This document shows positions 46,666-60,014 of a DNA stretch of 64,000 nucleotides, piece by piece. Under the pieces are notes generated by a model. That model was not told the DNA's origin. It did no database searches and was given only the letters and a program-made list of their open reading frames with translations. The translations under genes and the position numbers were made by a program. Source of the stretch: an uncultured Acidobacteriota bacterium (lineage in GTDB: Bacteria > Acidobacteriota > UBA6911); assembly GCA_963827655.1 (NCBI GenBank), contig CAWHCF010000050.1, forward strand, positions 64,001 to 128,000, written 5' to 3'. Positions within the stretch are counted from its first letter, which is position 1. Every line of letters begins with the position of its first letter.

Positions 46666-47988
46666 ATGCGTCACGCGGCTACAAGATCTGCAGAGATTCT
46701 GGAACGGAACCGGAGATACATTCCGGGAGGCGTGGTTTCGCTGAATCGTGCCACGGACCCCCAGATTGTCTTCGTCAAAGCGCGGGGCGCGATTCTATGG
46801 GACGCCGACTCCAACGAATACATTGATTACCACGCCGCCTTTGCGCCGCATTTGCTGGGGCATAACGATCCTTCCGTAACCCAGGCGATAATGCGCGTCC
46901 TTGCCGATGAAGCGAGTCTGTACGGGGCCGGGACCAATGAGCTGGAGGGCCGCCTTGCGGAGTTGATGTGCGAGCACGTGCGGGCCATCGAGTCAGTCCA
47001 GATCGTCAACAGCGGAAGTGAGGCGACTTATCAGGCTTTAAGGCTCGCGCGGGCCTGGACCGGGCGGGACCACATTATCGTCATGCAGGGCGGCTACAAC
47101 GGCTGGCACAACGATGTCGCCTGCAATCTCATGACTCCGCTGAGCCAGCTCGGACCCAGATGTTCCCCCGGTGAGTACCCGTATATCGGGATCAGCAGCG
47201 GCGTGCCGCGAGAACACCAGCGTTTAGTGCATCCCATCAATTTCAACGATCTCGACTCGGTAAAGTATGTCTGCGAACGTTATGAGGTGGCGGCTCTGAT
47301 CACGGAGCCGATTCTTCAGAACGTGGGCGTGATTCACCCGCTGCCGCGGTATTTAAACGGATTGCGCGAACTGGCCGACCGCCATGGTTTCCTTCTGATT
47401 TTCGATGAGGTGAAGACCGGTTTCCGCCATGCGCTCGGCGGTTATGCGTCGATCGCGGGCGTAACGCCCGATCTTGCTGTGTACGGAAAGGCGCTCGCGA
47501 ACGGCTACCCGATTGCGGCCATTGGTGGGAAGGCAGAGATCATGAATCTTTTTGCCCATCCCGACCTGTCCAGGCGCGTCTTGCTGGCGGGGACCTACAA
47601 TGCGCATCCGGTTCCAACCGCCGCCGCCATTGCCACAATAGAGCGCCTGGCGGCGAACGGCGGAGAAGTCTATGCGTATCTGGAGCAGCTCGGCGCCTTG
47701 ATACAGGGAGGCATCGAGGAGATCCTGCAAAGACTCGGACTCGAAGCCGTGGTGGCGCGGCAGGGTTCCGCATTCTGCATCTATTTCATGGACCACCTAC
47801 CGGTCGACTGGCACGACCTTGCCTCTCATCACGATTTCGACCGTGATCTCGAAATGCGCAAGAGCCTCATCCGGGGCGGCGTCTACTTCTTTCCCCAGGC
47901 AGTAAAGCAAGCGTCGCTGTCCTTTGCCCACACGCGCGCGCACCTCGATTACACCCTGACCTGTCTCGAGAAGGCGCTCGGCAATTGA
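46666..47988 (+). CDS. Class III aminotransferase, glutamate-1-semialdehyde aminomutase-like
   Basis: IPGGV, NSGSEA, LIFDEVKTGFR, YGKALANGYP, GTYNAHP. Confidence 0.88.
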   Translation: MRHAATRSAEILERNRRYIPGGVVSLNRATDPQIVFVKARGAILWDADSNEYIDYHAAFAPHLLGHNDPSVTQAIMRVLADEASLYGAGTNELEGRLAELMCEHVRAIESVQIVNSGSEATYQALRLARAWTGRDHIIVMQGGYNGWHNDVACNLMTPLSQLGPRCSPGEYPYIGISSGVPREHQRLVHPINFNDLDSVKYVCERYEVAALITEPILQNVGVIHPLPRYLNGLRELADRHGFLLIFDEVKTGFRHALGGYASIAGVTPDLAVYGKALANGYPIAAIGGKAEIMNLFAHPDLSRRVLLAGTYNAHPVPTAAAIATIERLAANGGEVYAYLEQLGALIQGGIEEILQRLGLEAVVARQGSAFCIYFMDHLPVDWHDLASHHDFDRDLEMRKSLIRGGVYFFPQAVKQASLSFAHTRAHLDYTLTCLEKALGN

Positions 47989-49289
47989 CAGGCGCTGAAG
48001 ACACGAACGGCCCTCCCGAAATCACCGGCTTCTCGAGGACGCAGTGGACCATCGTCGGCCTGCTCTTCTCGATGATCGTTCTGAATTACCTGGACCGGAT
48101 CGTTCTTTCCATCGTAAGTCCCGTGATGCGCCAGGAACTCGGCCTGAGCGAGGTCGACTACGCCTGGGCTTTGAATTCCTTCCTGCTGGCCTATGGAGTC
48201 ATGTATCTCGGTTCCGGCCTGATCCTGGATCGGATCGGTTCGCGCGCCGGGCTGGCGATTTTTGTGGCGGTCTGGTCACTGGCTTCGAGTCTGCATGGAC
48301 TCACAACCGGCCTCTGGTCGCTGGTGATGTTTCGATTTGTTCTGGGGCTCGCCGAGCCCGGCGGCTGGACCGGCGCCGTCAAGTCAGTGGCCGAGCGCTT
48401 CCCGACGCGTCAGCGCGGTCTGGCTTCGGGCATCTTCACCTCCGGCGCAGGTCTGGGCGCAATCATCGCCCCGCCCCTGGTGGTCTGGCTGAGCCTTCAC
48501 TATGGCTGGAGGACAGCATTCTGGATCTCGGGTGTTGCCGGAATATTGTGGGTGCCGGCGTGGCTTGCATTCACGCGCTCGGGAACTGAGTTCGTGGCCG
48601 CGCCGCGTTCTGGACTTCGAATCCGCGAGCTGATCTCGGATCGCAGGGCGCTGGCTTACTGTGTAACGCGCTTCTTCGGCGACAGCAGCGGATACTTCTT
48701 TCTTTTCTGGTTACCCGAATACCTGGTGAATTCGAAGCGCTTCAGCCTGGCTGAGGTCGGCATGCTGGCATGGATTCCTTTTTTGTTTCAGGACGCAGGG
48801 GCGATTCTTGGCGGCTACTGGAGCGGCGGCCTCATCGCGCGAGGGCGACCGCCGCTGCGGGCTCGCAAGATCGCGATGACCCTGGCCGGAGTATTCGTGA
48901 TCCTGGGCACGCTGCTCCATTCCGCTTCCTCCGCCCCTGTCGTCATCCTGTCGACGAGTCTCTGCACTTTCGGCGTCGGCGTGTGGGCTGCCAACATGCA
49001 CTCGGTGCCCATGGACGCTTTTCCGCACTCGAAAGTTGCCAGCGTGCACGGGCTCGCGGGCTCGGCCGGCGCGGCCGGAGGAATTGTCTTCAATTGGATT
49101 GTCTCTAGTTTCACGTCTCAGGGAAATTACGGGCTGGCCTTTCTGGTGCTGGCGACGCTTCAGCCGTTTGGCGTCGCAGCGCTGTGGCTGGGAATGCCGA
49201 GCTCCCGAAGCAACGCCACACTCCGTTCGCTCAATCTCGAAGGAGCGCCTCTTGCAGCAACTCGTGCGGTCCGAAAACGATCATGTTGA
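47985..49289 (+). CDS. MFS transporter, ExuT/ACS-like
   Basis: LNYLDR, RFVLGLAE, FWLPEYL; TTGA overlap with the aminotransferase. Confidence 0.88.
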   Translation: MTGAEDTNGPPEITGFSRTQWTIVGLLFSMIVLNYLDRIVLSIVSPVMRQELGLSEVDYAWALNSFLLAYGVMYLGSGLILDRIGSRAGLAIFVAVWSLASSLHGLTTGLWSLVMFRFVLGLAEPGGWTGAVKSVAERFPTRQRGLASGIFTSGAGLGAIIAPPLVVWLSLHYGWRTAFWISGVAGILWVPAWLAFTRSGTEFVAAPRSGLRIRELISDRRALAYCVTRFFGDSSGYFFLFWLPEYLVNSKRFSLAEVGMLAWIPFLFQDAGAILGGYWSGGLIARGRPPLRARKIAMTLAGVFVILGTLLHSASSAPVVILSTSLCTFGVGVWAANMHSVPMDAFPHSKVASVHGLAGSAGAAGGIVFNWIVSSFTSQGNYGLAFLVLATLQPFGVAALWLGMPSSRSNATLRSLNLEGAPLAATRAVRKRSC

Positions 49290-49376
49290 AGACCGGGTGA
49301 GAATACTTCTGGCTGTGAGAAACAGGAGTCACTGTGGCATCGCCCCGTTTCTAACGAACGGACCCTTTCCTTAGCG

Positions 49377-49441
49377 TTTCTTCGTGTCTTCGCGCTTGGT
49401 GGTATTTGTTCCGCAGACCTGACCACGAAGACGACAAGAAA
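49377..49441. repeat. Nonamer-periodic inverted repeat
   Basis: TTTCTTCGTGTCTTCGCGCTTGGTGGT...ACCACGAAGACGACAAGAAA. Confidence 0.7.
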
Positions 49442-49444
49442 CCG

Positions 49445-50252
49445 TCAGGGCTTCTCGGCCAGAACCTGATCGAGCGCCTGGTCCAGCGCCGAATTGAACC
49501 GGACCGGGTCCTCCAGCATGGGATAGTGGCCGGTGCCCGTGACGATGATCGCGCTGGAATCCCGGCATATGGCGCCGGTTGACCTCGACATTGGTGGGGA
49601 ACTTGTCGGCGTTGACCGCGCGGATCGGCGCCTTGATCTCGCGCAACGCGGGCAGCGGGTCATAGGTCCAGGACTGACGCAGCAAGGCGATCGAGATGCC
49701 GGGATGCATCGCAGTCGCGTGGCGGAGCACCCGTTCGCGCACCGCCTCCGTCGTGCTTGGCGTGAACAGGTACTCGGCTGACATCTGCGTCACCGTCGTC
49801 TTGTAGTCGGCCTGGAGCTGACTGGCGATGGCTTCGACTTCCTCCGGAGACGAGCGTTGCTCGACGTCGAGCAGCGTGTCGATCAGCACCACTCCCTTCA
49901 CGCGTTCCGGCATCCGTCGCGCCGCCTCCAGCACCACCGGGCCCCCCATGGAGTGGCCGATGAGCACGACCTGACTCGCGTTCACGGCCTCGACCACTGC
50001 CTTCACGTCCTGGCCGAAGGCGGCCATCGTCCACTGAGCGCGCTGGCGGCCTGATTCGCCGTGGCCGGCGAGGTCGAGGGTTACCACGCGATGCCGGGCC
50101 GCGAGCGCGGGCACCTGGCCGTCCCACAGCCGGCGATCCAGGGCCCAGCCATGGACAAGCACCAGAGTCGGCCTGCCCTTGCCGTGAACCTGGAAGTGGA
50201 TGGTAGCGCCATCATCCGAGCGCGCCGTGCCTCCGTTGGTATTCTGGTTCAC
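49445..50252 (-). CDS. Alpha/beta fold hydrolase; frameshift near 49560
   Basis: VHGW, DLAGHGES, GHSMGG; the catalytic His (GTGHYPMLEDP) is in the other frame; span is 3n+1. Confidence 0.85.
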
Positions 50253-50287
50253 GAGTCGCTCCTCCTTGCACCAAAGTGCGCTAAGTG

Positions 50288-50352
50288 TTCTTCGTGTCTT
50301 CGTGGTTAGCGCTGCGAAACAAATACCACAAAGCCACTAAGACACGAAGAAA
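50288..50352. repeat. Nonamer-periodic inverted repeat
   Basis: TTCTTCGTGTCTTCGTGGTTAG...ATACCACAAAGCCACTAAGACACGAAGAAA. Confidence 0.7.
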
Positions 50353-50391
50353 CACCAGGAATCCGTCGGGCTTCGGTGTAGGCTAAACCGC

Positions 50392-51294
50392 GTGCTTTCA
50401 TTGCAGTCGTCACTCAAGCCCCGAAGCTCCAATTTGAGCGGCATCGTCGCCATGCTGGCCGCAGTCGGCCTGTTCGCGCTGATGGACGTCGTGCTGAAGC
50501 TCCTGGCGCCGCGCTATCCTCCGCTGCAAGTGGCGGCGTTGCGAGGCGCCGCATCGCTGCCGCTGGTGGCGATCTGGGTACTGTCCTCGGTGGGCCTGGC
50601 TTCACTGTGGCGGGTGCGTTGGCCCTTGCATCTTCTGCGTGGCGCGCTGGGCCTGGGGATGATAACCAGTTTCACCTATGCCTTGCGCTCGCTGCCGCTG
50701 TCGACCGCCTACACATTGTTCTTTGTCGCGCCGCTCTTGATCACGGCGCTATCGGTGCCTGTTCTGGGCGAGCGCGTGGGGCCACGCCGCTGGAGCGCCA
50801 TTGCGATCGGCCTGCTCGGCGTGTTGGTGGTGTTGCGGCCCAGCGCTGAGGGCATGGTGACCTGGGCCGGGCTGGCCGTGCTGGTCGCGGCGGCAGGTTA
50901 TGCTTTGTCAGCGATCACAGTTCGGGTGCTGTCGCGCACGGATAGCACGCAGAGCATGGTGTTCTGGTTGTTGCTGATGATCGGTCTCGGCGCCGGCGCG
51001 TTGGCCGCTCCGGGCTGGGTGCCGATCCAAACAAGTGATTGGCCTTTGATCGCCGCCCTGGGCCTGTCCGGCGCCCTGGGTCAAGTCGCGATCACCGAGG
51101 CCTTCCGCCGCACCGAAGCTTCAGTGAACGCGCCGCTGGAATACACCGCGCTGGCCTGGGGCGTGGGCTTCGACGCCATGCTTTGGGGCGTGCTGCCCGA
51201 TCGCATCACCTGGCTGGGCGCGGCGATCATTGTCGCCAGCGGCCTGTATTTGATCCGCCGTGAGCGCGTGCACGCCGAGGCAGAGCATCCTTAG
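50392..51294 (+). CDS. DMT/EamA family transporter
   Basis: About ten TM helices; LGERVGPRRW, APLEYTAL. Confidence 0.9.
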   Translation: MLSLQSSLKPRSSNLSGIVAMLAAVGLFALMDVVLKLLAPRYPPLQVAALRGAASLPLVAIWVLSSVGLASLWRVRWPLHLLRGALGLGMITSFTYALRSLPLSTAYTLFFVAPLLITALSVPVLGERVGPRRWSAIAIGLLGVLVVLRPSAEGMVTWAGLAVLVAAAGYALSAITVRVLSRTDSTQSMVFWLLLMIGLGAGALAAPGWVPIQTSDWPLIAALGLSGALGQVAITEAFRRTEASVNAPLEYTALAWGVGFDAMLWGVLPDRITWLGAAIIVASGLYLIRRERVHAEAEHP

Positions 51295-51443
51295 AGACTT
51301 CGTATTACACGACTGTGAAATCTTGTTTTTAGCGCAACCTTTTTTTGCCACGAGTTGCAGCACGTTGATTAGAAGCCCAAGTGCTCGAAGTAAAACGAAT
51401 GTCTACTTCTCTCATCCAGAAACCAGCAACGGCGTTCGCCAAA

Positions 51444-51474
51444 GCTGATAGCTGACCGCTGACAGCCGATAGCT
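51444..51474 (+). repeat. Heptamer array (GCTGATA/GCTGACC/GCTGACA)
   Basis: GCTGATAGCTGACCGCTGACAGCCGATAGCT. Confidence 0.55.
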
Positions 51475-51549
51475 CAGCGCGGCCAGGCGTTTTTGATCAT
51501 TTTTGGTTGCGGCCTTCCGGGCCGCGCTGTGTCTTAGCGGTATTTGTGG

Positions 51550-53040
<1,491 letters not shown>

Positions 53041-53091
53041 GATGGCGTTGCTGACCGCTCCGCTTGCCAGGAGATTACGTCCCCGAGTCTG

Positions 53092-55620
53092 TCAGTCCAC
53101 ATAGAGAAATTCATTCAGGTTGAGCATCGCGTGACAGAAGTCGCGCAGTGCGGCCGCCTCCGGATGTTCGTGCCGGCGTTGAGTGTAGCGGTCGCCTTGA
53201 TTTTTCAGGAACTTCAGCGCCCAGTCAACCTCCTTGGGACTGGCCGGCCGGCTCAAAGCATGCTTGAACGCGCGTGTGATCTGCGCGCGCCGGTCGGCCC
53301 CTGCTTCCAGCTCGATGCGCCGGGCGAAATGGTTGGCCTGCTCCAGAGTCGATTCATTGTTGAGCATAGCGAGTGCCTGGGGCGCGACGGTTGAAACGCT
53401 GCGTGTTGGAGACGAAACCGTCGTGGCAGGGCAATCAAAGACTTCGATCAGCGGCAGGAGGACCGAACGCTTGACGAAAATGTAAACGCTGCGCCGCCAC
53501 TCTTTCGGCCCTTCTGTAACGTCGAGGGGCCATCTGGGCCGGGATCCGGTTGCGATTACCGATGAATCGATGCGCGGGTAAATCCCCGGACCACCCATTT
53601 GCAAATTGAGCTTCCCGCTCACGGCCAGGATGCTGTCGCGCAGGGTTTCGGCTTCCACCCGGCGCGGATTCATGCGCCAGAATAGCCGGTTCTCGTGATC
53701 CCGCGACGCGGCTTTCGGATCGAAGCGGCTTGACTGCCGGTAAGTGTTCGAGGTGAGGATCAGCCGATGCATCGCTTTCCAGCTCCAGCCCCGCGCGGTG
53801 AACTCGACCGCGAGCCAGTCCAGCAGCTCCGGGTGGCTTGGGCGATCACCCGTCGCTCCAAAGTCGCTCGGGGTGCGCACGAGGCCTTTGCCGAAATGGT
53901 ACTGCCAGATCCGATTCACGGCCACTCGGGGCGTCAGTGGATTAGCGGAGCTTGCGATCCAATCGGCCAGCTGTTTGCGCCGGTCCTCCAATGAGATGTC
54001 CGCTTCGCCGGCCAGGACCGCCGGGAAACCGGGACCCACGGCTTCGTCCTTTTGAGTAATGTCCCCGCGTAGCAATAGAAATGCCTGTTCCGGCTTCGCC
54101 TTGTCGGTGATCCCCATCGCAGCAGGAAGCGGCTGCGGCCGTGTCTGGTTGATCTTTCTGATTTCCTCCTGCAGCTCTTTGCGCGCTTTCTTCTCTTCGG
54201 GCGAAAGCAGCGCCTCGATCTCTTCGTCCTGAAGTTTGACGTCTTTGGCAAACCGCGTGGCAGTCGCCTGGCGGAACTGCTCCCGGTCAATCTGGCTCAG
54301 GGCTCCGCTTGATTCTGCCAGGCGAACGTGAAACTTCACTTTCTCGGCCAGGAGGTGTTCGCGATGCGGACCTTCGATGACGGCGATTTTCTCCCTGAAC
54401 GGCTTGACCAGTTCATCGAGCTCATTGTTGCGCGCTTTGAAGGCAGCCGCCTCGGATGCGCTCACGAGAAGGCGATCGGTTTTCTCGAAAGGGAAGAAGA
54501 TCGCCTGCATGCGATAGTAGTCCTTCTGCGGGATCGGGTCGTATTTGTGATCGTGACAGCGGGCGCACCCGACCGTCAGACCGAGAAAGACAGATGAGGT
54601 CGTGGTCACCATATCATCGAGTTCATCCGCGCGGGTCTGTTCGTTGGTGGCATTGTCGACGGTCGGCCCGTTGCGGCAGAAACCGGTCGCGATCAAAGCC
54701 GCAGGATCTGCGGGATTGAGCTGATCACCAGCCAATTGCTCGCGAATGAAACGATCGTAGGGCTTGTCTTCGTTGAACGACTGGATCACATAATCGCGGT
54801 AGCGCCACGCGTGCGGGCGATCGTAGTCGAATTCGTATCCGCCGCTGTCGGCATAACGGGCCAGGTCGAGCCAGTGGCGGCCCCAACGTTCACCGTAGCG
54901 GGGCGAGGCGAGAAGCCGATCAATGATCTTTCCGTAGGCCGCGTCGGATGGGTCGGCCAGGAATTGGTCCAGGTCTTCAGGCGAAGGCGGCAGCCCAATC
55001 AGATCCAGATAAATCCGGCGCAGCAATACCTGAGGTTCCGCAGGGGGCGCGAAGGCCAGGCCGTTGGCCTCGAGTCGCAGCAGAATAAAAGCGTCGATTT
55101 CATTCCGCACCGACGAACGGTTCTTGACCGCCGGAACTGCCGGGCGCACCGGCCTCTGGAATGACCAGAATTGCCTGTCGGTGCCGGTGATCGGAGAACC
55201 AGGTTGGCGTACCGGCATGGTCGTTTCTGATGCAGCGGCCAAATCCCTGGGCAGGCTTTCGATCCAGCGCGCGATTTCAGCCGTATCCGAATCGGGCAGT
55301 CTGGCCATCCCCATCGGCATGGCGGGTTCTTCCTGGTGAGTGATCAGCCGGTACAACAGGCTTCGGTCAAGATTGCCGGGGACAACCGCAGGCCCTCTTG
55401 CTCCGCCGCGCAGGATGGTAGGTTCACTACGCAGATCAAGACCGGAACGTTGGACAGAACCGCCGTGGCACATGACGCATTTCTGCTCGAGGATCGGCGC
55501 GACCCGCTTGAAGAGCTCCGCCGGACGTTCCGATTGCTGGGCCGCCAGGACGCAGGTTACCCCGAGAATAAGGATGGCGAGCGTCTTGCTGGCGCATTGT
55601 GCGAGGCTGGGTGTTCTCAT
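53092..55620 (-). CDS. PSD1 and planctomycete cytochrome c domain protein (DUF1549/DUF1553)
   Basis: [42 protein letters not shown]; start placed at MRTPS (signal peptide follows). Confidence 0.9.
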   Translation of the reverse strand: MRTPSLAQCASKTLAILILGVTCVLAAQQSERPAELFKRVAPILEQKCVMCHGGSVQRSGLDLRSEPTILRGGARGPAVVPGNLDRSLLYRLITHQEEPAMPMGMARLPDSDTAEIARWIESLPRDLAAASETTMPVRQPGSPITGTDRQFWSFQRPVRPAVPAVKNRSSVRNEIDAFILLRLEANGLAFAPPAEPQVLLRRIYLDLIGLPPSPEDLDQFLADPSDAAYGKIIDRLLASPRYGERWGRHWLDLARYADSGGYEFDYDRPHAWRYRDYVIQSFNEDKPYDRFIREQLAGDQLNPADPAALIATGFCRNGPTVDNATNEQTRADELDDMVTTTSSVFLGLTVGCARCHDHKYDPIPQKDYYRMQAIFFPFEKTDRLLVSASEAAAFKARNNELDELVKPFREKIAVIEGPHREHLLAEKVKFHVRLAESSGALSQIDREQFRQATATRFAKDVKLQDEEIEALLSPEEKKARKELQEEIRKINQTRPQPLPAAMGITDKAKPEQAFLLLRGDITQKDEAVGPGFPAVLAGEADISLEDRRKQLADWIASSANPLTPRVAVNRIWQYHFGKGLVRTPSDFGATGDRPSHPELLDWLAVEFTARGWSWKAMHRLILTSNTYRQSSRFDPKAASRDHENRLFWRMNPRRVEAETLRDSILAVSGKLNLQMGGPGIYPRIDSSVIATGSRPRWPLDVTEGPKEWRRSVYIFVKRSVLLPLIEVFDCPATTVSSPTRSVSTVAPQALAMLNNESTLEQANHFARRIELEAGADRRAQITRAFKHALSRPASPKEVDWALKFLKNQGDRYTQRRHEHPEAAALRDFCHAMLNLNEFLYVD

Positions 55621-56201
55621 CCGAAAAGCCGGCCCTCTGAAAGGCTGGATTATCTTAGCTGAATTTGACCCTGCTCTCAAAAGGTTCGTTGCTTTTTCAG
55701 CGGCATTCTTGATGTTCTTCGTGTCAGGGTGACTGGAGCGTTTGCACCCACACCGAGTTTCCATTAGACGTTCCCGTCGCTGCGTAACTAAGAATGCCTC
55801 TGCCGTTTTTTGGGAAGCAAACCTCCGCGATTCAGACAACGGTAGTCAATAGCTCGCTCGTGAGGGCGTGCACTGAAAAATCTCGTAGTCCGAGGTCCGA
55901 ATGTCCGGCAGTGTCCGGCCGTTAGGCCGGGATGGCGAAGCAAGCGTAGCAGGCTATTGCTTATCCGGTTGTTTCACCTATCTGGCCATCGCCATCTTGC
56001 TAAATAGTGATGGCGAACAGCAAGCACCTCAGGAGTCCGGGGTCGAGCAGCTTCACTCTTCCGGCGGGCCTGAGCGGCGCTTTCGATCACACACCCCTCG
56101 AAGTCGGTGTCCTTGCTGTCAGTTGGCGATCCAGTGTACCTTTTCTTTGTAACACGCTTGTTTTATGAATCAGAAACCGGAAGTGGGAAGGAATGGGCTA
56201 A

Positions 56202-56375
56202 ATGATGAATCGAATTCAAGTCAACCCGGCCCAACAGCAGAAGAACGAATTAGCGATCGAACTGTTGGATGAATGGCTGGCAGATGAGTCTGGATACGAT
56301 GAACAGGTCTGGCCAACAGTAAAGAAGCTGCTCGAAGAGAATCGCCTATCCGACAGGAGTCGTTTTGGTGATTAG
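56202..56375 (+). CDS. 57-aa small protein, antitoxin-like (below the ORF-track cutoff)
   Basis: Hand-translated MMNRIQVNPAQQQKNELAIELLDEWLADESGYDEQVWPTVKKLLEENRLSDRSRFGD; GGAAGG upstream. Confidence 0.55.
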   Translation: MMNRIQVNPAQQQKNELAIELLDEWLADESGYDEQVWPTVKKLLEENRLSDRSRFGD

Positions 56376-56506
56376 CCGTGTGCTTTGTATCACAATCCAA
56401 CGGCATAGCAGCATGTGTCTCCGCGAACGGGGAGAGGCGTGGGTCGGGCATAAAAAGTGTGAACGATACTCAGGCTACTGCCAGAGACCAAAGCGTAAGC
56501 TCGTCG

Positions 56507-59051
56507 TCAAAGCGGGCGAAGCAGTTCGAGCAGTTCCTGGCGCGTGAAGATCTTGTTCAGGTGGGGGTCATCGGCCTGGACCACAGAATCCATGAGATTC
56601 CGTTTCCGGGCGACGATGGCCGAGATCTTCTCCTCCAGGGTGCCCTCGGTAATCAGCTTGAACACTTGAACCGCGCTCCTCTGTCCGATCCGGTGCACGC
56701 GGTCGGTGGCCTGATCCTCGCGTGCCGCATTCCACCAGCGATCGTAATGAATGACAACCGAGCCTCCTACCAGGTCGATCCCCGCGCCGCCGGCCTTGAG
56801 ACTCCCCAGGAACACGCGACACGCAGGGTCATCGTTGAACCGGCGCACAATTTCGCCGCGGTCCACGCTTGCGCCGGTGAGCGTAGCGAACTCGACACCG
56901 AGCGCTGACAGCAGCCGCTCAATCATCGTGATCATCCCCAGGTACTGGCTGAAGACGACTACTTTGTGGCCGCTGTCCAGGCTTTCGAATAAGAGTTCCT
57001 GAAACAACTCCCATTTACCGGACTGATAGTCCTGATATTGCTCGATCTTATTCAGGGCGAGTGCCGGATGATCACAGATCCGCTTGAGGAGGTTGAGCAG
57101 AGCGAAGACGTGGATGTAAGGAAGCTGGCGGCCGACCGCTCGGATTTGCTCCGCCAGTTCCACGCCCTTCGTCGATATCGCCTCGCGGTAAAGCCCCACT
57201 TGCATCTCGCTCAATACGCAGGTGCGAAGGTCCTCAAACTTTTCGGGGAGTTCATCAAGCACCGCGCTCTTGAGCCGGCGCATCACGAAGGGCGCGATCA
57301 ACCTGCTCAACTCCGCGCTTGCCGGCCGCGCAGACTCTTCCGGCCCTTTCTCCAAGTACCGTGGCGCGAATTCATCGTCGCTGCCGAGGTAACCCGGCAG
57401 CACAAGGTCGAAGAGAGACTTCAGATCGCTCAGCGAGTTTTCGATCGGCGTCCCGGTCAGTCCGATCTTCATTCGGGCCGGAATGGCGCAGGCGGCCTGG
57501 TAGCTCAGCGTCTCGCGGTTTTTTAGATTCTGGATCTCGTCGAAGACCACCAGCGAGAAGGGGACCCGACCGAGCTGCGCCACATCGCTGCGCAGTATCC
57601 CGTACGAGGTCAGCAGCACGTTTGCGTTCTTCAAGACGGCATCCAATTGCCGCTGGCTGCCATGATAGGCGGCCGGCTTCAGTCCGGGCGCGTGTTCGCC
57701 GATCTTGTTCAGCCAGTGGCTGATGACAGTCGTGGGACAGATGACCAGGAAGGGGTCCTTCGCCTTTTGCTGCTCTAGCAGCCACACCATCAGCGCCAGG
57801 GCCTGGTGAGTTTTGCCGAGTCCCATGTCGTCGCACAGCAGGCCTGAAAGGCCGTTCTCATAGAGGAACCTCAACCAATCGACCCCCTTCACTTGGTAAG
57901 GCCGCAAGGCTGTCTTCATGCCTTTCAATCTGCCGGTGGGCGCGGCTGGAGCGAGAGCCAGCAGGCGGTTGACGATGTCCGATCGATTCTCCTCTTTCAC
58001 CCGAACGGGCTTTCCTCCTGAGGCCATCAGCCGCAAGACGTCGAGGGCCGATAGGCGGACTTTCTCGCCGGTGACCGCTAGATCCTCGCTGAAGGCGTCA
58101 AGCGCGCCAAATGCCGGCGAATTCACATCGACCCACCCTCGTCCGAGGGGAAGATAAGACCGTCCCTCGCGCCTCGCTTCCAGGATATCTGCCAGCGAGA
58201 CTGAATCGCTTCCGAATCCATAGTGGATCGAGAGCCAGTACCAGCTCCGCTCGACCGCACCCGGGACAATCTCCACGTGGTCGTACTCGCGCAACACCGA
58301 AAGATGACGCAGCGGATCGTCCAACACAAGCAGGCCTTCCGCGATCTCGCTCCGGTGCTCGTCGAGAAACGCGGGGAGACGGCTTTTTTCAAGCCGCATG
58401 GAGATCGGAGTCGTAAAGTTTCTTCCGCAACCCGGCTTTGCCAGGTCGGCCAGCGATGTTATATCGCGCAGATAGACCAGGTTGCCGTAATGGAATTTGG
58501 CAAATTCCTTCCCCTCGAAAAACTTCACCTCTCCTGAGGACTGCAGCGCCTGGATAACCGGGCGGACTTCGAGATCCAGCTCGGTTTTTTCAGAGACGAG
58601 GAAAATGGACCTGAGCGGGACAGGGTGGATCGCCAGATCGGACTGCTTCGGGAACTCGGCCGATAGCAGCGCAAGTACCTTCCTGACTTGCCTGCGGGGG
58701 ACAGCCAGCTTCAAGAGAGGCTCGGAGTTGCTGGAAACGCACTCGAGGATGAAGTCGCCGCTGCTCTCCTCAATCGCCGGGTGGAAGATGCAATCGTTGC
58801 CGTACTCGCGGAAGCAGTGATAGGCGAGCCTCCCCCAGAAGCTCTGCTCCGCTGCCTGGCGGCGCGTGAGGCTACCGGCCTCATTGATCCTTTTCTCTTC
58901 GTCGCTCTGCAGGCAGCGGGTGATTCGTTCAATGAGATCCGACCGATCCTGGAAGCGACTTGGCTGCGGCAGCTTTCCTGCCCGCTGGACGAAGGGCAGG
59001 GAGGCCAGCTTAATTCAAGACACGACGGCGAGCGGATCCTGCGGTGGGCAT
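56507..59051 (-). CDS. SNF2-family (SWI2/SNF2) helicase; frameshift near 59012
   Basis: LRPYQ..G, CDDMGLGKT, FDEIQ, LTGTPIEN, SGK, WWNAAREDQATDRVHRIGQ. The frame stays open 100 codons above 58714 and joins the ATG at 59051 by removing one base; TATAAT upstream. Confidence 0.85.
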
Positions 59052-59160
59052 ATTGCTCAGCCGGGCTCTGCAGGATTATAGTAGCCTGGCAAAAGCCGAC
59101 GACTAACGACGTACCACCGTCAGGATGACAACTGGATACACATCAAGAGGGAAAACCGAC

Positions 59161-59862
59161 ATGAAAAATATGTTAGCTGTCCTGGCCGCGATACTGCTGA
59201 GCTCGTCGTATGTGGGGCTCGGGCAAGCGGGAGCACAACAACAGACTCAACCCATGGGTTTCTTCATCACCAGCGTTGGTCCGGGGAATGGAGCCGATCT
59301 TGGTGGTCTGGCAGGCGCCGATAAGCACTGCCAGTCGCTTGCCCAGGCTGCGGGAGCCGGCGGTCGAACGTGGCGGGCTTACCTCAGCACCAACGCTTCC
59401 GGCGGTCAGCCGGCGGTGAACGCCCGCGATCGCATTGGCAATGGTCCCTGGCACAATGCGAAGGGAGCCATCATCGCTCAAAATGTAGCCGATCTGCACG
59501 GGGACGTTCAACGCGACCGTAACAGCATTAACAAGGAATTCGCGCTTAACGAAAAGGGCCAGCCGGTCAACGGCCGAGGCGATCAGCCCAACCAGCATGA
59601 TATCCTGACCGGGTCGGACTCACTCGGCAATGCATTGCGGGGTGATCCAATCAATACCACCTGCTCCAACTGGACGAGCAGCGCTGCCAACACCGGGGCT
59701 CAAGGCCAGCCGGCCTCGAGTAGCGCGATGGTAGGCCATCATGATCGCGCCGGCGGTGGCAACTCGTCGTGGAATGCGGCGCACCCAAGCAGAGGTTGCA
59801 GTCAGGCGAATCTGGTGGCCACGGGCGGCGCCGGCTTGTTCTACTGCTTCGCCACTAATTGA
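59161..59862 (+). CDS. Secreted C-type-lectin/endostatin-like (DUF1554-like) protein
   Basis: Signal peptide, FFITS..GADLGGLAGADKHCQSLA, WRAYLS, ARDRIG.GPW, HDILTGS, LFYCFA. Confidence 0.7.
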   Translation: MKNMLAVLAAILLSSSYVGLGQAGAQQQTQPMGFFITSVGPGNGADLGGLAGADKHCQSLAQAAGAGGRTWRAYLSTNASGGQPAVNARDRIGNGPWHNAKGAIIAQNVADLHGDVQRDRNSINKEFALNEKGQPVNGRGDQPNQHDILTGSDSLGNALRGDPINTTCSNWTSSAANTGAQGQPASSSAMVGHHDRAGGGNSSWNAAHPSRGCSQANLVATGGAGLFYCFATN

Positions 59863-60014
59863 GACCGCGTGAGCCTCGAGATGCCCAGGAGCTTCCGGTG
59901 GGCGGTTGAAATGATCCGGAGGGTTCTGGATTGCGATAGCGAACTGGCGTCGCGGGCCGCGCTTCGCCCATCAACAATGGCGTGTCGCCGGATCGCTGGA
60001 GTGTAACAGCCGAA

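Noticed and set aside
59015-59017. In-frame TGA upstream of the SNF2 ORF as possible Sec or readthrough
   Set aside because: A single-base indel linking to the ATG at 59051 explains it more simply; no Cys-type context.
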